From the NCBI GenBank assembly GCA_030390025.1, contig JASTWF010000035.1, positions 3,906,001-3,970,000 of the forward strand: DNA of 64,000 bases. Direction: 5' to 3'. The notes beneath the pieces are model-generated. The model was not told the origin of the DNA. It ran no database searches and worked only from the letters and a program-made list of their open reading frames with translations. A program made the position numbers and the translations under genes. Below are positions 1-11,825 of this stretch, piece by piece (positions within the stretch are counted from its first letter, which is position 1; each line of letters begins with the position of its first letter). This DNA comes from Squalus acanthias. Taxonomy: Eukaryota.

Positions 1-498
1 TTTTGCTTCGCTTAACAGCCTGGGATACATTTCATCTGGGTCTGGGGATTTATCCACTTTTAAACTGCTAAACCCCTTAATACTTCCACTCTCACTATGT
101 TTATTTTATCTAATATTTCACACTTCTCCCCCCTGATAGCAATGTCTGCTTCGCCCCTCTCCTTTGTGAAAACAGACGCAAAGTATTCATTAAGAACCCT
201 ACCGACGTCTCCAGCCTCCACACACAGATTACCTGCATGATCTCTAATATGCCCTACCCTTTCTTTAGTTATCCTCTTACTCCTAATATATTTATAAAAC
301 ATCTTTGGGTTTTCCTTGATTTTACTTGCCAAGAATTTTTCATGCTCTCTCTTTGCTTTCCTAATATCCTTTTTAATTGCAACCCTGCACTTTCTGTACT
401 CCTCTAAAGATTCTGGAGTATTTAGCCCTCGGTATCGGTCATACGCCTCCCTTTTTTTCTTTATCCTAACCTGTATGTCCCTAGACATCCAGGGGGCT
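1..498 (-). mobile_element. CR1 LINE ORF2 fragment (endonuclease-RT linker)
   Basis: Minus-strand translation PWMSRDIQ...KENPKMFYKYIRSKR...LNEYFASVFTKE matches the CR1 ORF2 linker seen in other copies in the window; runs off the window edge. Confidence 0.9.
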
Positions 499-1571
499 GG
501 GGAAAACTCACCACTGGCTAGAGTCATACCTAGCACAAAGGAAGAGGTTGTGGTAGTTGGAGGTGAATCATCACAGACCCAGGACATCGCTGCAGGAGTT
601 CCTCAGGGCAGTGTCCAAGGCCCAACAATCTTCAGCTACTTCATCAATGACCTTCCCTCCATCATAAGGTCAGAAATGGGGATGTTCGCTGATGATTGCA
701 CAGTATTCAGTTCCATTCACAACTCCTCAGATAATGAAGCAGTCCATGCCCGAATGCAGCGAGACCTGGATGGCATTCAGGCTTGGGCTGATAAGTGGCA
801 AGTAGCATTCGTGCCACAGAGGTGCCAGGCAATAACTATCTCCAACAAGTGAGAGTCTAATCACCGCCCCTTGACATTCAACGGCATTACCATTGCCGAA
901 TCCCCCACCATCAACATCCTGGGGGGTCACCATTGACCAGAAACTTAATTGGGCCAGCCACATAAATACTATGGCTACAAGAGCAGGTCAGAGGCTGGGT
1001 ATTCTGCGGCGCGTGTCTCACCTCCTGACTTCCCAAAGCCTTTCCACCATCTACAAGGCACAAGTCAGGAGTGTGATGGAATATTCTCCACTTGCCTGGA
1101 TGAGTGCAGCTCCAACAACACTCAAGAAGCTCGACACCATCCAGGACAAAGCAGTTTGATTGGCACCCCATCCATCACCTTAAACATTCACTCCCGTGGC
1201 TGTAGTGTGTATCACGTACAAGATGCACTGCAGCAAGTCGCCAAGGCTTCTTCAGCAACACTTCCCAAACGCGCGACCTCTCCCACCGAGAAGGACAAGG
1301 GCAGCAGGCGCGTGGGAACACCATCAACTGCAAGTTCCCCTCCAAGTTACACACCATCCTGACTTGGAAATATATCGCCGTTCCTTCATCGTCGCTGGGT
1401 CAAAATCCTGGAACTCCCTCCCTAACAGCACTATGGGAGTACCTTCACCAGAAGGACTGCAGTAGTTCAAGAAGGCGGCTCACCACCGCTTTCTCAAGGG
1501 CAATTAGGGAATGGGCAATAAATGCTGGCCTTGCCAGAGATGACCACATCCCAGCAACGAATATGAAAAAA
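499..1571 (+). mobile_element. 5'-truncated non-LTR retrotransposon of the CR1/Jockey group (family 'Z', clade not determined): RT C-terminus and 3' end
   Basis: GVPQGSV.GP, FADD and YKAQVRSVMEYSPLAW motifs with a stop and frameshifts; ends in ...GGGCAATAAATGCTGGCCTTGCCAG...CACATCCC plus an A-rich tail. Same family as 46407-47616 and 11826-13625. Confidence 0.85.
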
Positions 1572-1639
1572 GTGCCACCAGCACAGCCTGTATCTGATGT
1601 TGTGGAGGAGGGTGATGGAGGAGAAGAAGAAGACACACC

Positions 1640-2317
1640 AGCCGAGATTTTGCGGGGGGTTAGTGGGTGCGTTCAGTGGCGGATCGGGTGGGAAAATGTT
1701 TTTTTTTACAGTGGGTTGGGAACCCGCTGTCAACCCGCCTTTCCCAATGTCGGGTCTGTCAATGCTGAGCAGACCCGACCGGCAGCGGCGGGGGTCCTAA
1801 TTGAATTCATTAGCATCTAGTTGACAGATGCTGAACAGGCTTTTTTAACTTACTTTTTGACTTTAACTGCATGGCCATGGGAACCACGCTGTTCGGGGAC
1901 CACAACTGTCAACCTGAGGCATGAATACAGTGACCATTGCTCCAGCTGATTAATTGACAGCCTCAAATATACAGTTAAAGCTCCCACCTGACAGATCATC
2001 ACTTTCCTCAGTCACAAGCTGTTTCTCAGTCTATTTCCAGCACAGATTCTGCAGGCTTTCCACTTTCCACTCTCCATCCACTCTCACCTCATTGGAAGAA
2101 CTCTCTCACCATTGACAGAATGCTTCTGTCATCTGTACTTCACCTGCCATCTATTCCATCAACATGGGTGCCCTTTATACTGTCTCACTTTGGTCCTCAG
2201 ATTCCGACCACGATCAGCCCCAACATCAGCAGCACCAGGCACAACACCAACCTTCTCCGCAATCAACTGATGCTGCACAGGACACAGGGCATCAGCACCC
2301 GAGCACATTGCTGCCCG
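1640..2317 (+). mobile_element. Left end and transposase N-terminus of a Harbinger-like element, cut by the assembly gap
   Basis: Begins with TIR-like AGCCGAGATTTTGCG (compare GGGCTGGATTTT ends elsewhere). ORF from 2164 (MGALYTVSLWSSDSDHDQPQHQQHQ...) resembles the N-terminus of the 37448 transposase (MGTIYFLSSWTSDLDEDQPRQQQ). Confidence 0.55.
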
Positions 2318-2517
2318 NNNNNNNNNNNNNNNNNNNNNNNNNNNNNNNNNNNNNNNNNNNNNNNNNNNNNNNNNNNNNNNNNNNNNNNNNNNNNNNNNNN
2401 NNNNNNNNNNNNNNNNNNNNNNNNNNNNNNNNNNNNNNNNNNNNNNNNNNNNNNNNNNNNNNNNNNNNNNNNNNNNNNNNNNNNNNNNNNNNNNNNNNNN
2501 NNNNNNNNNNNNNNNNN
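2318..2517. other. Assembly gap (200 N)
   Basis: Run of exactly 200 N; the true size is unknown. Confidence 1.
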
Positions 2518-3181
2518 CGGGCTTCCCCATGGTGCAGGGCGCCATTGACGGCACGCATGTGGCATTGCGGGCACCACATGAGAATGCCGAGGATTTCCAC
2601 AACAGAAAGGGGTTCCATTCCTTAAACGTTCAGTTGGTCTGTGACCACAGACAGCTGATACTCGCTGTCAATGCCCACTATCCTGGCAGCTGCCACGATG
2701 CATTCATCCTGCGCCAGACTACTGTGGCAGAACTTTTCCAGGCACCGCATCAGCCAAGTGGTTGGCTCCTCGGGACAAGGGTTATCCATTGAGCACCTGG
2801 CTGATGACACCGCTCCGTACGCCCAACACCCCTGCTGAGCTGCGGTACAACGAGAGCCATCTCGCCACCAGGAACATCGTTGAGCACACAATCGGCGTGC
2901 TGAAGCAACGGTTCCGCTGTCTCGACCACTCAGGAGGAGCCCTGCAGTACTCGCCTGAGCGAGTCTCCCTCTTCATAGTTGTGTGCTGCATGCTGCATAA
3001 CCTGGCAATCCTCAGGACCCAGCCAATGCCACCAGGCCTTGGAGCACCACCGGAGGAGGAGGAGGAAGAGGAGGAGAAAGAGGAGGAGGAGGATCATCAG
3101 CAGCACCAAGGCGGGAGGGAGGCCCACAATGTAGAAACTGGAAGGGCCGTCCGTCAACGGCTGATAACAAGCCGCTTCTAG
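2518..3181 (+). pseudogene. Harbinger DDE transposase (HARBI1-like), partial and frameshifted
   Basis: [37 protein letters not shown] and CCMLHN motifs; 1-bp deletion near 2771 relative to copy B. Confidence 0.9.
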
Positions 3182-3788
3182 GCCCCTACTGAGGAAATGG
3201 CTTCTGCCATTGAGAACAACATGAATGAAACCAACCCGCAACCCCTAAGCCGGCCAAGGCAGCAATGATTCCAAAGACCAAACATGTAAATTTTGAATAT
3301 AAAAACTTATTTATTTTACAAACTCTGTGTGTGTCATTTCTTCATGAGAAACTAATAGAAAGAAACACAAAAAAAGTCATTAATATAACTGGTTCTCACA
3401 ACCTGGAGATAATGTCCAAAACACTAAATAAAATTTGAACACGAACCTCGGCCTTTAATAAAAAATTGACCAACATTTTGTCACACCTCCTACTTTTTGC
3501 CCTTCAAGGGTGATCTCCTTCCCTTGCGCACTTCCCCCCCTTCCCACCCTACTGCTCCTCCGTAATGGGGCACCAGTGGCTGCAGCAAGGCTGGTGGAAG
3601 GCTGCTGATTGTCAGAACCTGAGATTGCAGATGCCCTTGAAGGACGGCCTCCACCTGCTCTGGGCCTGGAGGGCCCGGCTGCAGACTGCACCAACTCTGC
3701 ATGGGCGGCAGCAGTCTGGGCTACAGGCGGTGGCAAGTGCAGTGGGGAAGTGACAGTGGTGGCAGCAGGAATGCTGTCATCTTGAGCG

Positions 3789-3988
3789 AGTGAGAAGTCG
3801 CACAACACCAGGTTATAGTCCAACAGCTTTATTTGAAATCACAAGCTTTCGGAGCGCTGCTCCTTCGTCAGGTGAAGGAGCAGCGCTCCGAAAGCTTGTG
3901 ATTTCAAATAAAGCTGTTGGACTATAACCTGGTGTTGTGCGACTTCTCACTTTTGTCCACCCCAGTCCAACACCGGCATCTCCGCATC
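3789..3988. mobile_element. Penelope-like pseudo-LTR insertion with inverted duplication (78-bp perfect palindrome plus short tail)
   Basis: Arms 3789-3866 and 3874-3951 are exact reverse complements around a 7-nt loop; contains AATAAA and a hammerhead core. Host sequence CATCTTGAG(C/A)GAG is duplicated at 3778-3790 and 3985-3997, and copy B lacks the insert. Confidence 0.8.
3839..3875 (-). ncRNA. Minimal type I hammerhead ribozyme motif (PLE type)
   Basis: Minus strand UCAC-CUGACGA-A-GGAGC-AGC-GCUCC-GAAA-GC-UU-GUGA: CUGANGA and GAAA core boxes, 5-bp stem II, 4-bp stem I, palindromic AAGCUU in place of stem III. Confidence 0.75.
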
Positions 3989-5940
3989 TTGAGAGAGGAC
4001 AGCAACTCCCTGCTCGACCGACACACTGGCACTCCCACGGGGCAGCACATCAGCATCCGGAGTAATCTGCTGGAGCACAGATTGCTGGCCTGCTGCGGCG
4101 CGGTGAGAGCCCCGGGGAAATGTGTCCGAACCAGCGAGAATGGCAGCAGTCAGTGCTTGCGTGGCCTCAATCTGAGTCTGCATGAGAGCAGTCTGAGATG
4201 GGTTCATGGCAGCCAATGACTGAATTGCAGCACTAAGCTTTAGCGTGGCATCCGCCTGTGCTACAGCGAAGTGCTCCACACTCCTTGCCAGTGATTCAAT
4301 GCATTCGGGCACCCTTCCCACTGCACCCATGAGCTCAGTGTGCATGTCCACCGCCTGGGTGTTCATTTCAGCGATGAGCCGCTCCTCCTCTGCGTCCACT
4401 GCAGCAGGACTCGCTGGCCCACTCTCCCTCCGGGGAGAAGGCCCCCGAGCTTCCCTACCCCTATCGCGTTGCTGCAGCCCGCTGGGTCCTGGAGCTTCAC
4501 CCTCATCAGACCCTTCCCCCCTGCTCCCCTCCAGGGAAGGCGTGTTCCCAGTGTGGGCATGGGCTTCCTCGGGAGAGGTGGCGCTGATGCTCCAGCTTCC
4601 TCTTCGCCTGCAGCTTCACTCCCACTGGCATCTTGAGGGCCCGTCTCCTCAGCTGGTGAATCGCAATCTGAAAGCAGGGAGGTACAAGAGTGGCTTTAGC
4701 ATCAGGACAGGGGGGAAGTAAGGGAGGAATGAGTGCAGCGATTTAGTAAGTTGGATTGAAAGTGTCAAAGGCTGGTGTTGTGAGGGACAAGTGGAAGGAC
4801 AGAGGACAAAAAGGTGATGACCTTACCATTGCTGTCCAGAACGGGGTCGGCGTCTCCAGTGGCGACGGGACCGATCACCCGGCTTGCCACAATCCTGTGG
4901 ACGCGCGCCTCAAGATCGCTGAGGGGTTGCAGCTGAGGCCGCCCTCCACCCGTCCGTTACTGCTGTCTCCTATTATGAGATAGCTTGGCCTGCAAGAAAA
5001 AGGACGGCGTCTGAGTAAATATACAGCCATGGTCTTGCCTGATGTGCCTCCCATAGGTGAATAGCCCTTACTGTATGCAGCCATGGTTTTGCCTGATGTG
5101 CCTCCCATAGTTGAATAGCCCTTACTGTATGCAAAGTGTGGAATATGCGTGTGTGATTCATGAGAGGGCCATAGGTGTTGGATGAGTGTTGGGCATTGGG
5201 GTTTTAAGACCCTCTGGCCATAGAGTGAGGTTGAGATGGAGGGATGGAGAGGTATTGAAAAAAAGCCACTCACCGACGACCCGAGTGAGGTTATTGAACT
5301 TTTTGCGACATTGAGTATGGGTCCTGGGCACCATGCTCCTGGAGGAGACGCTCTGAGCCACCTCCCTCCACACTCTTCTGTACTAGCGCGGCAAAGGCCT
5401 CCTGCACTCTATGGGTACAGTATTGAGCTTCTGTGCTCCACCGCACCAACCAGAGCCTCCAAGGCCCTCTCGCTGAAGCACTGAGCTTGTTCTCTCACCC
5501 TCTCCATAGTCCTTGGCTGGAAGATTTAGGCACAGGTCTCTCCAGGCCGAGATTCAAGGCTCCAATGAGCAGGGTGTGGCTGGAGTGCAAGATCGACCCT
5601 CCCCTTTAAGAACTGTCCGGCGCCAGTGTGTTTGTGTTCCATCGCTAACTGACAGCACCTGCGCTGTGCCGATGCTCTGAGTTAGCGCCTCGCTCCTCGG
5701 CCTTTGCGGCTTAAGACAGGTGTGAAGCGCCTGATTTAGCGCTCCAATCACCTCCAGGGGCGATAAAAGCCAAGTTTGCAGTTGGAGGCGATAATTAGCA
5801 CCAGGCGCTAAACTTTGCGCACGGCCGATAATCGCGCCCCAAACGGGGTGATACTGAACTTTTCCCCCATAGAGTTATACAGCACAGAAAGAGGCCCTTC
5901 GGCCCATCGTGTCTGCGCCGGCCATCAAGCCCTGTCTATT

Positions 5941-8900
5941 CTAATCCCATTTTCCAGCACTTGGTCCATAGCCTTGTATGCTATGGCGTTTCAAGTGCTC
6001 ATCTAAATGCTTCTTGAATGTTGTGAGGGTTCCTGCCTCCACCACCCTTTCAGGCAGTGAGTTCCAGATTCCAACCACCCTCTGGGTGAAAAAGTTTTTC
6101 CTCAAATCCCCTCTAAACCTCCTGCCCCTTACCTTGAAACTATGCCCCCTGGTTATTGACCCCTCTACTAAGGGGAAAAGTTCATTTCTATCTAACGTAT
6201 CTATGCCCCTCATAATTTTGTACACCTCAATCAGGTCCCCCCTCAGCCTTCTCTGCTCTAAGGAAAACAACCCCAGCCTGTCCAGTCTCTCTTCATAGCT
6301 GAAGCGCTCCAGCCCAGGTAACATCCTGGTGAATCTCCTCTGCACCCTCTCCAATGCAATCACATCCTTCCTATAGTGTGGCGACCAGAACTGCACACAG
6401 TATTCCAGCTGTGGCCTAACTAGCGTTTTGTACAGCTCCATCATAACCTCCCTGCTCTTATATTCTATGCCTCGGCTAATGAAGGCAAGTATCCCATATG
6501 CCTTTTTAACCACCTTATCGACCTGTCCTGCTGCCTTGAGGGATCTATGTACATGCACACCAAGGTCCCTCTGATCCTCTGTCCTTCCTAGGGTCCTATC
6601 ATTCATTGTGTATTCCCTTGCCTTGTTAGACCTCCCAAAATGCATCACCTCACACTTTTCAGGGTTAAATTCCATTTGCCACTGTTCTGCCCATCTGACC
6701 AACCCGTCTATATCGTCCTGTAGCCTGAGGCTTCGCTCCTCGCTATTTACCACCCCACCAATTTTCATGTCATCTGCGAACTTACTGATCATACCTCCTA
6801 CATTCATATCTAGATCATTAATGTGCACTACAAACAGCAAAGGACCCAGCACCGATCCCTGCGGTACACCACTGGACACAGGCTTCCAGTCACAAAAACA
6901 ACCTTCGACCATCACCCTCTGCCTCCTGCCACTAAGCCAATTTTGGATCCAATGTGCCAAGTTGCCCTGGATCCCATGGGCTTTTACCTACTTGACCAGT
7001 CTCCCATGCGGGACTTTGTCAAAAGCCTTACTGAAGTCCATGTAGACCACATCAACTGCACTACCCTCATCCACACACCTAGTCACCCCCTCGAAAAATT
7101 CAATCAAATTGGTCAGACATGATCTCCCCCTGACAAAGCCATGCTGACTATCCTTGATTAATCCTTGCCTCTCCAAGTGGAGACTAATTTTGTTCCTCAG
7201 AATTTTTTCCAATAATTTCCCTACCACTGATGTTAGGCTCACTGGCCTGTAATTCCCTGGTTTATCCCTACTACCCTTCTTGAATAATGGTACTACATTA
7301 GCTGTTCTCCAGTCCTCTGGCACCTCCCCTGTGGCCAGAGAGGTTCCGAAAATTTGTGTCAGAGCCCCTGCAATCTCCTCCCTTGCCTCACACAGCAGCC
7401 TGGGATACATCCCGTCAGGGCCTGGGGATTTATCCACTTTGAAGCCCGCTAAAACCGCTAGTACCTCCTCCCTCTCAATACTAATTTGTTCAAGTATATT
7501 ACAATCCCCCTGCCTGATTTCTATGCCTACATCGTCCTTCTCCATAGTGAACACAGATGCAAAATATTCATTTAAAATCTCACCAACATCTTCTGGCTCC
7601 ACACACAGATTGCCACTTTGGTCCCTAATGGACCCTACTCTTTCCCTGGTTATCTTCTTGCCCTTAATATACTTATAAAACACCTTGGGATTTTCCTTTA
7701 TTTTGCCCGCCAGTGTTTTTTCATGCACCCTCTTCGCTCTCCTAATTTCTTTTTTAAGTACCCCCCTGCACTTTCTATACTCCTCTAGGGCTTCCACTGT
7801 TTTTAGTCCTTTGTATCTGCCAAAAGCCTCCCTTTTTTCCCTAATCCATTCTCGTATTTCCCTTGACATCCATGGTTCCCTGGGCTTGTTGGTCCCACCC
7901 CTGACCTTTACGGGAACATGTTGCCATTGTACTCTCTCTATTTCCTTTCTGAAAGACTCCCACTGCTCTGATATGGATTTTCCTACAAGTAGCTGATCCC
8001 AGTTCACTTTGGCCAGATCCTGCCTTATCATATTAAAATTGGCCTTCCCCCAATTTAGAACCTTTATTTCCGGTCCATCTTTGTCCTTTTCCATGACTAC
8101 CTTAAATCTCACCGAATTATGGTCACTGTCACCAAAATGCTCTCGTACTAACACTTCTACCACTTGCCCGGCTACATTCCCTAGAATTAGGTCCTGTACC
8201 GCCCCCTCTCTTGTAGGACTTTCTACATGCTGGCTCAAAAAGCTCTCCTGGATGCACTTTAAGAATTCCGCACCCTCTAAGCCTTTCACACTCTGACTAT
8301 CCCAGTTAATATTGGGGAAGTTGAAATCCCCTACTATTATTACCCTATTATTTCTACACTTCTCTGAGATTTGCCTACATATCTGTTCCTCTATCTCCCC
8401 CTGACTGTTTGGGGGCCTATAGTACACTCCCAGCAAAGTGCTTGCCCCCTTTTTGTTTTTAAGTTCTACCCATATGGCCTCATTAGAGGAACCTGCTAAG
8501 ATATCATCCCTCCTTACAGCAGTAATTGACTCCTTGATTAATATTGCGACACCCCCTCCTCTTTTACACCCCCCTCTGTCTCGCCTGAAGATTCTGTACC
8601 CCGGAATATCGAGCTGCCAGTCCTGCCCCTCCCTCAACCATCACAGAATCCCCACAGTGCAGATAGAGGCAATTTCGGCCCATCGAGCCTGCACCGACAC
8701 ATATCCCACCCTATCCCTGTAACCCCACATATTTAATCCCCCCTAACATATCCCACCCTATCCCTGTAACCCCACGTATTTAATTCCCCCTAACATATCC
8801 CACCCTATCCCCGTAACCCCATGTATTTAATCCCCCCTAACACTAAGGGTCAATTTATCATAGCCAAAGGAACCTAACCCACACATCTTTGGACTGTGGG

Positions 8901-9133
8901 AGGAAACCCACGCAGACACGGGGAGAATGTGCAAACTCCACACAGACAGTCACCCGCGGCCGGATTCAAACCCGGGTCTCTGGCGCTGTGAGGCAACAGT
9001 GCTAACCACTATGCCACCATGTCTCTATGATAGCAACAATATCATACTCCCATGTGTTCATCAACAGCTTCAATTCATCTGCCTTACTCGCAAGACTCCT
9101 TGCATTAAAATAAATGCCATCCAGCCTTGCCAT
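5941..9133 (-). pseudogene. CR1 ORF2 (APE endonuclease and reverse transcriptase)
   Basis: [34 protein letters not shown] and FADD motifs; one in-frame TAG at 6988-6990 and a SINE inserted at 8642-9015. Confidence 0.92.
8642..9015 (-). mobile_element. tRNA-derived SINE with CR1-like 3' tail (HE1/V-SINE-like, elasmobranch type)
   Basis: Minus-strand A box (GGCATAGTGG) and B box (GGTTTGAATCC), V-domain-like core TCTGTGTGGAGTTTGCACATTCTCCCCGTGTCTGCGTGGGTTTCCTCC, 5-bp TSD ACCAT (8637-8641 / 9016-9020); the empty site is visible in the sister CR1 at about 55149. Confidence 0.88.
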
Positions 9134-9252
9134 ACTCCCTTGTGCCGTTACATATTTGCTCTGCCTTCCAGGCTGACTTGTTTTTTCCTCTATATTTGGG
9201 TGTGCATCACCCCCTACTATAGCTTCACTCTGTATCCCATCCCCCTGCCAAG

Positions 9253-10187
9253 TTAGTTTAAATCCCCCCCCCAATAGCACTAGCAAACCTCCCCGCAAGG
9301 TTGTTGGTCCTGTTCCGTCCGGTTCAGGTGCAACCTGTCCGACTTGTACAGGTCCCACCTTCCCCAGAAGCAGACCCAGTGATCCAGGAAACTAAAGCCC
9401 TCCCTCCTGCACCAACTCTTTAGCCACGCATTCATCTGCTCTATCCTCCTATTCCTATACTCACTAGCATGTGGCACCGGGAGTAATCCAGAGATTACAA
9501 CCTTTGAGGTCCTGCTTTTTAATCTGCTATCTAGCTCCCTAAATTCTTGTTGCAGGACCTCATCCCTCTTTCTACCCATGTCGTTGGTACCAATGTGAAC
9601 CACGACCTCTGACTGTTCGCCCTCCCCCTTCAGAATGCCCTGCAGCCGTTCAGTGACATCCTTGACCCTGGCACCAGGGAGGCAACATACCATCCTGGAG
9701 TCACGTCTGCGGCCACAGAAACGTCTATCTGTTCCCATTACGGCTGAATCCCCGATCACTATTGCTCTCCCACTCTTTTTCCTCCTCTCCTGTGCAGCTG
9801 AGCCACTCGTAGTGCCACGGACTTGTTTCTTGCTGCATTCCCCTGAGAAACCCTCTTCCCCGTCAGTATCCAAAACGGAAAATCTGTCGGAGAGGGAGAT
9901 GGACCCTAGTTCTTTTACTCTGTCTGGTGGTCACCCATTCCCTGTCTGCCTGTGCACTCTTTACCTGCGGTGTGACCACCTTGTTAAACGTGCTATCCAT
10001 GAAGATCTCAGCTTCGCGGATGCTCCACAGTTACTCCAGTCACAGCTCCAGTTCCAAAATGCGGATTTTGAGTAGCTGCAGCTGGAGACACTTCCTGCAC
10101 ATGTGTTCGCCCTGGACACCTAAAGTGTCCCTGATTTCCAACATAGCACAGGAGGAGCACTCCACGCTGCCGAGCTGCCCTGCCAGG
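9253..10187 (-). pseudogene. CR1 ORF1 (zinc finger/leucine zipper and SGNH esterase), disrupted
   Basis: VIGDS, CLPGA, HIGTND and D.LHLN motifs; start codon mutated and a short deletion near 9905 relative to the copy at 55391-56343. Confidence 0.85.
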
Positions 10188-10790
10188 TCCTACCCTTAAT
10201 TTACTCCCTTTAAATTAAAGAATATTAAATACACTAGGGACCTTACTTCCCTTTAAACACTACTTACTCTAAACTAGAGACCCTACTTTTACTTTATTGA
10301 CTGGAATGTAGAAATATTGTAGAAATACACACCGCTGGTTCTCTGTCCCCTCTTGTGCAGCTTTTTAGCTCCTGCTCTCCTGGAAGCTGACAAAGATGGA
10401 AAAAGAAAGGAACACCTCCCTCCCCAAACTCACTCACTCACCAAACTCACCAAACTCACAGCTTAACACTCTGTTCCAATCTGCACTCTGTGACAAACTG
10501 CACTCTAGCCTCCCTTATTTATACTGCTGAGATTTAAATAAGTGAGCTCTCTGGCAGTTACAGAACCAGATTAGACCACTTAATTAATTAATTACTTTCA
10601 CCTGCTCTCCAGCACAGAGCTTGCTTAGCCCTGCCTAAGCCTGGAAGAAACTTAAAACTTGAAACAGTAAATTTAAATGCTAATTGCAAACACACAAGAC
10701 TAGAATTTATAAAAATAAGAGATTAACCTTTAAGATTTACTCCCTCACTCACCAAACTCGCAGCTTAACACTCTGATCCGATCTGCACTC

Positions 10791-11030
10791 AGAGGGTGGT
10801 GAACCTGTGGAATTCTCTACCACAGAAGGCTGTGGAGGCCAAGTCACTGAATATATTTATGAAGGAGATAGATAGATTTCTAGACACAAAAGGCCTCAAG
10901 GTGTATGGGGAGAGAGCGGGAATTTGGTGTTGAGATAGAGGATCAGCCATGATCATATTGAATGGCGGAGCAGGTTTGAAGGGCCGAATGGCCTACTCCT
11001 GCTCCTATTTTTCTATGTTTCTATGTTTCT
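10791..11030 (+). mobile_element. CR1 3' end fragment with (TTCTATGT)n tail
   Basis: RVVNLWNSLP-coding end, 3'UTR ...GGCCTACTCCTGCTCCT and microsatellite tail. Confidence 0.88.
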
Positions 11031-11825
11031 GTGTCCCTTCATCCAAGTCATTAATATAGATTGTAAATAGTTGAGGCCCCAGCACTGATCCCTGCGGCAC
11101 CCCACTAGTTACAGTTTGCCAACCTGAAAATGACCCATTTATCCCGACTCTCTGTTTTCTGTTAGTAAGCCAATCCTCTATCCATGCTAATTTATTACCC
11201 TCAACCTCGTGAGCTCTTATTTTGTGTAGTAACATTTTATGTGGCACCTTATTGAATGCCGTTTGGAAATCCAAATACACGACATCTACTGGTTCCCCTT
11301 TATCCACCTTGCTCGTTACATCCTCAAAGAACTCCAGCAAATTTTTCAAACATGATTTCCCTTTCATAAAACCATGCTGACTCTGCTTGACTATATTATG
11401 ATTTTCTAAATGTCCTGCTATCACTTCCTTAATGATGGACTCCAGCATTTTCCCAATGACAGATGTTAGGCTAACTGATCAATAGTTGCTGTTTTTGCTG
11501 GAGGTACTCTGCCTCCTCGCTGCTGCCGCCGCTGCTCCGGTCTGCACTCTCTCCGGGCCTCCCGCTCGATTTATACTCTGCCTCCTTCAAACCATTATTT
11601 TTACTTTTAATTTTTAGTTTTAAGTCGTTAATTTAGTTTAAGTTATTAATTCAATAAATTTATAGTAGTTAATTCTCTCCCATTTCTGAAGTTAATCCAC
11701 TTACCTAACCTAGCGAGCAAAAGAGCTGTAATACTCACCAACCAATCACCTACCTGTTCTCTTGTGATGTCACTCCTTGTTTTTGGGGTTTTTTTAAGCC
11801 GCCGCTCCTGCTCAGATCCGGTCCA
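11031..11825 (-). mobile_element. CR1 RT fragment (11031 to about 11490) followed by probable CR1 5'UTR-like sequence
   Basis: ORF 11005-11448 has QHGF, DVVYLDF and [10 protein letters not shown]; the identity of the non-coding part is tentative. Confidence 0.65.

Larger units (their letters stand above)
3455..5507 (-). pseudogene. Harbinger Myb/SANT-like DNA-binding protein gene (3 exons), disrupted
   Basis: WREVAQ...QCRKKFN.L motif, colinear with the copy B gene; 2-bp deletion at the end of exon 1 and a Penelope-derived insertion at about 3789-3988. Confidence 0.85.
2518..5868. mobile_element. PIF/Harbinger DNA transposon copy A (same family as 48115-52298, opposite orientation); one end lost in the gap
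   Basis: Convergent transposase (+) and Myb/SANT (-) genes; terminal ACTGAACTTTTCCCCC at 5853-5868 matches the TIR of copy B. Confidence 0.92.
5869..10790 (-). mobile_element. Near full-length CR1 LINE (family X): 5'UTR, ORF1, ORF2, 3'UTR
   Basis: Colinear ORF1 (CxxC..CxxC plus GDS esterase) and ORF2 (APE plus RT); 5' half nearly identical to 54491-56960. Confidence 0.95.

Noticed and set aside
2120..2625. ORFs spanning the N gap
   Set aside because: Continuity is an artefact of Ns translated as X.
3789..3951. Palindrome interpreted as a DNA-transposon MITE or pre-miRNA
   Set aside because: Asymmetric tail, long target duplication, AATAAA and a hammerhead core fit a Penelope pseudo-LTR better.
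5978..8722. Many 60-150 aa ORFs antisense to LINE ORF2 (here and throughout the window)
   Set aside because: Shadow frames that recur with every LINE copy, with no independent coding signal.
8930..9015. tRNA gene
   Set aside because: The A and B boxes belong to a SINE head with a TSD and LINE-like tail; no complete cloverleaf is evident.
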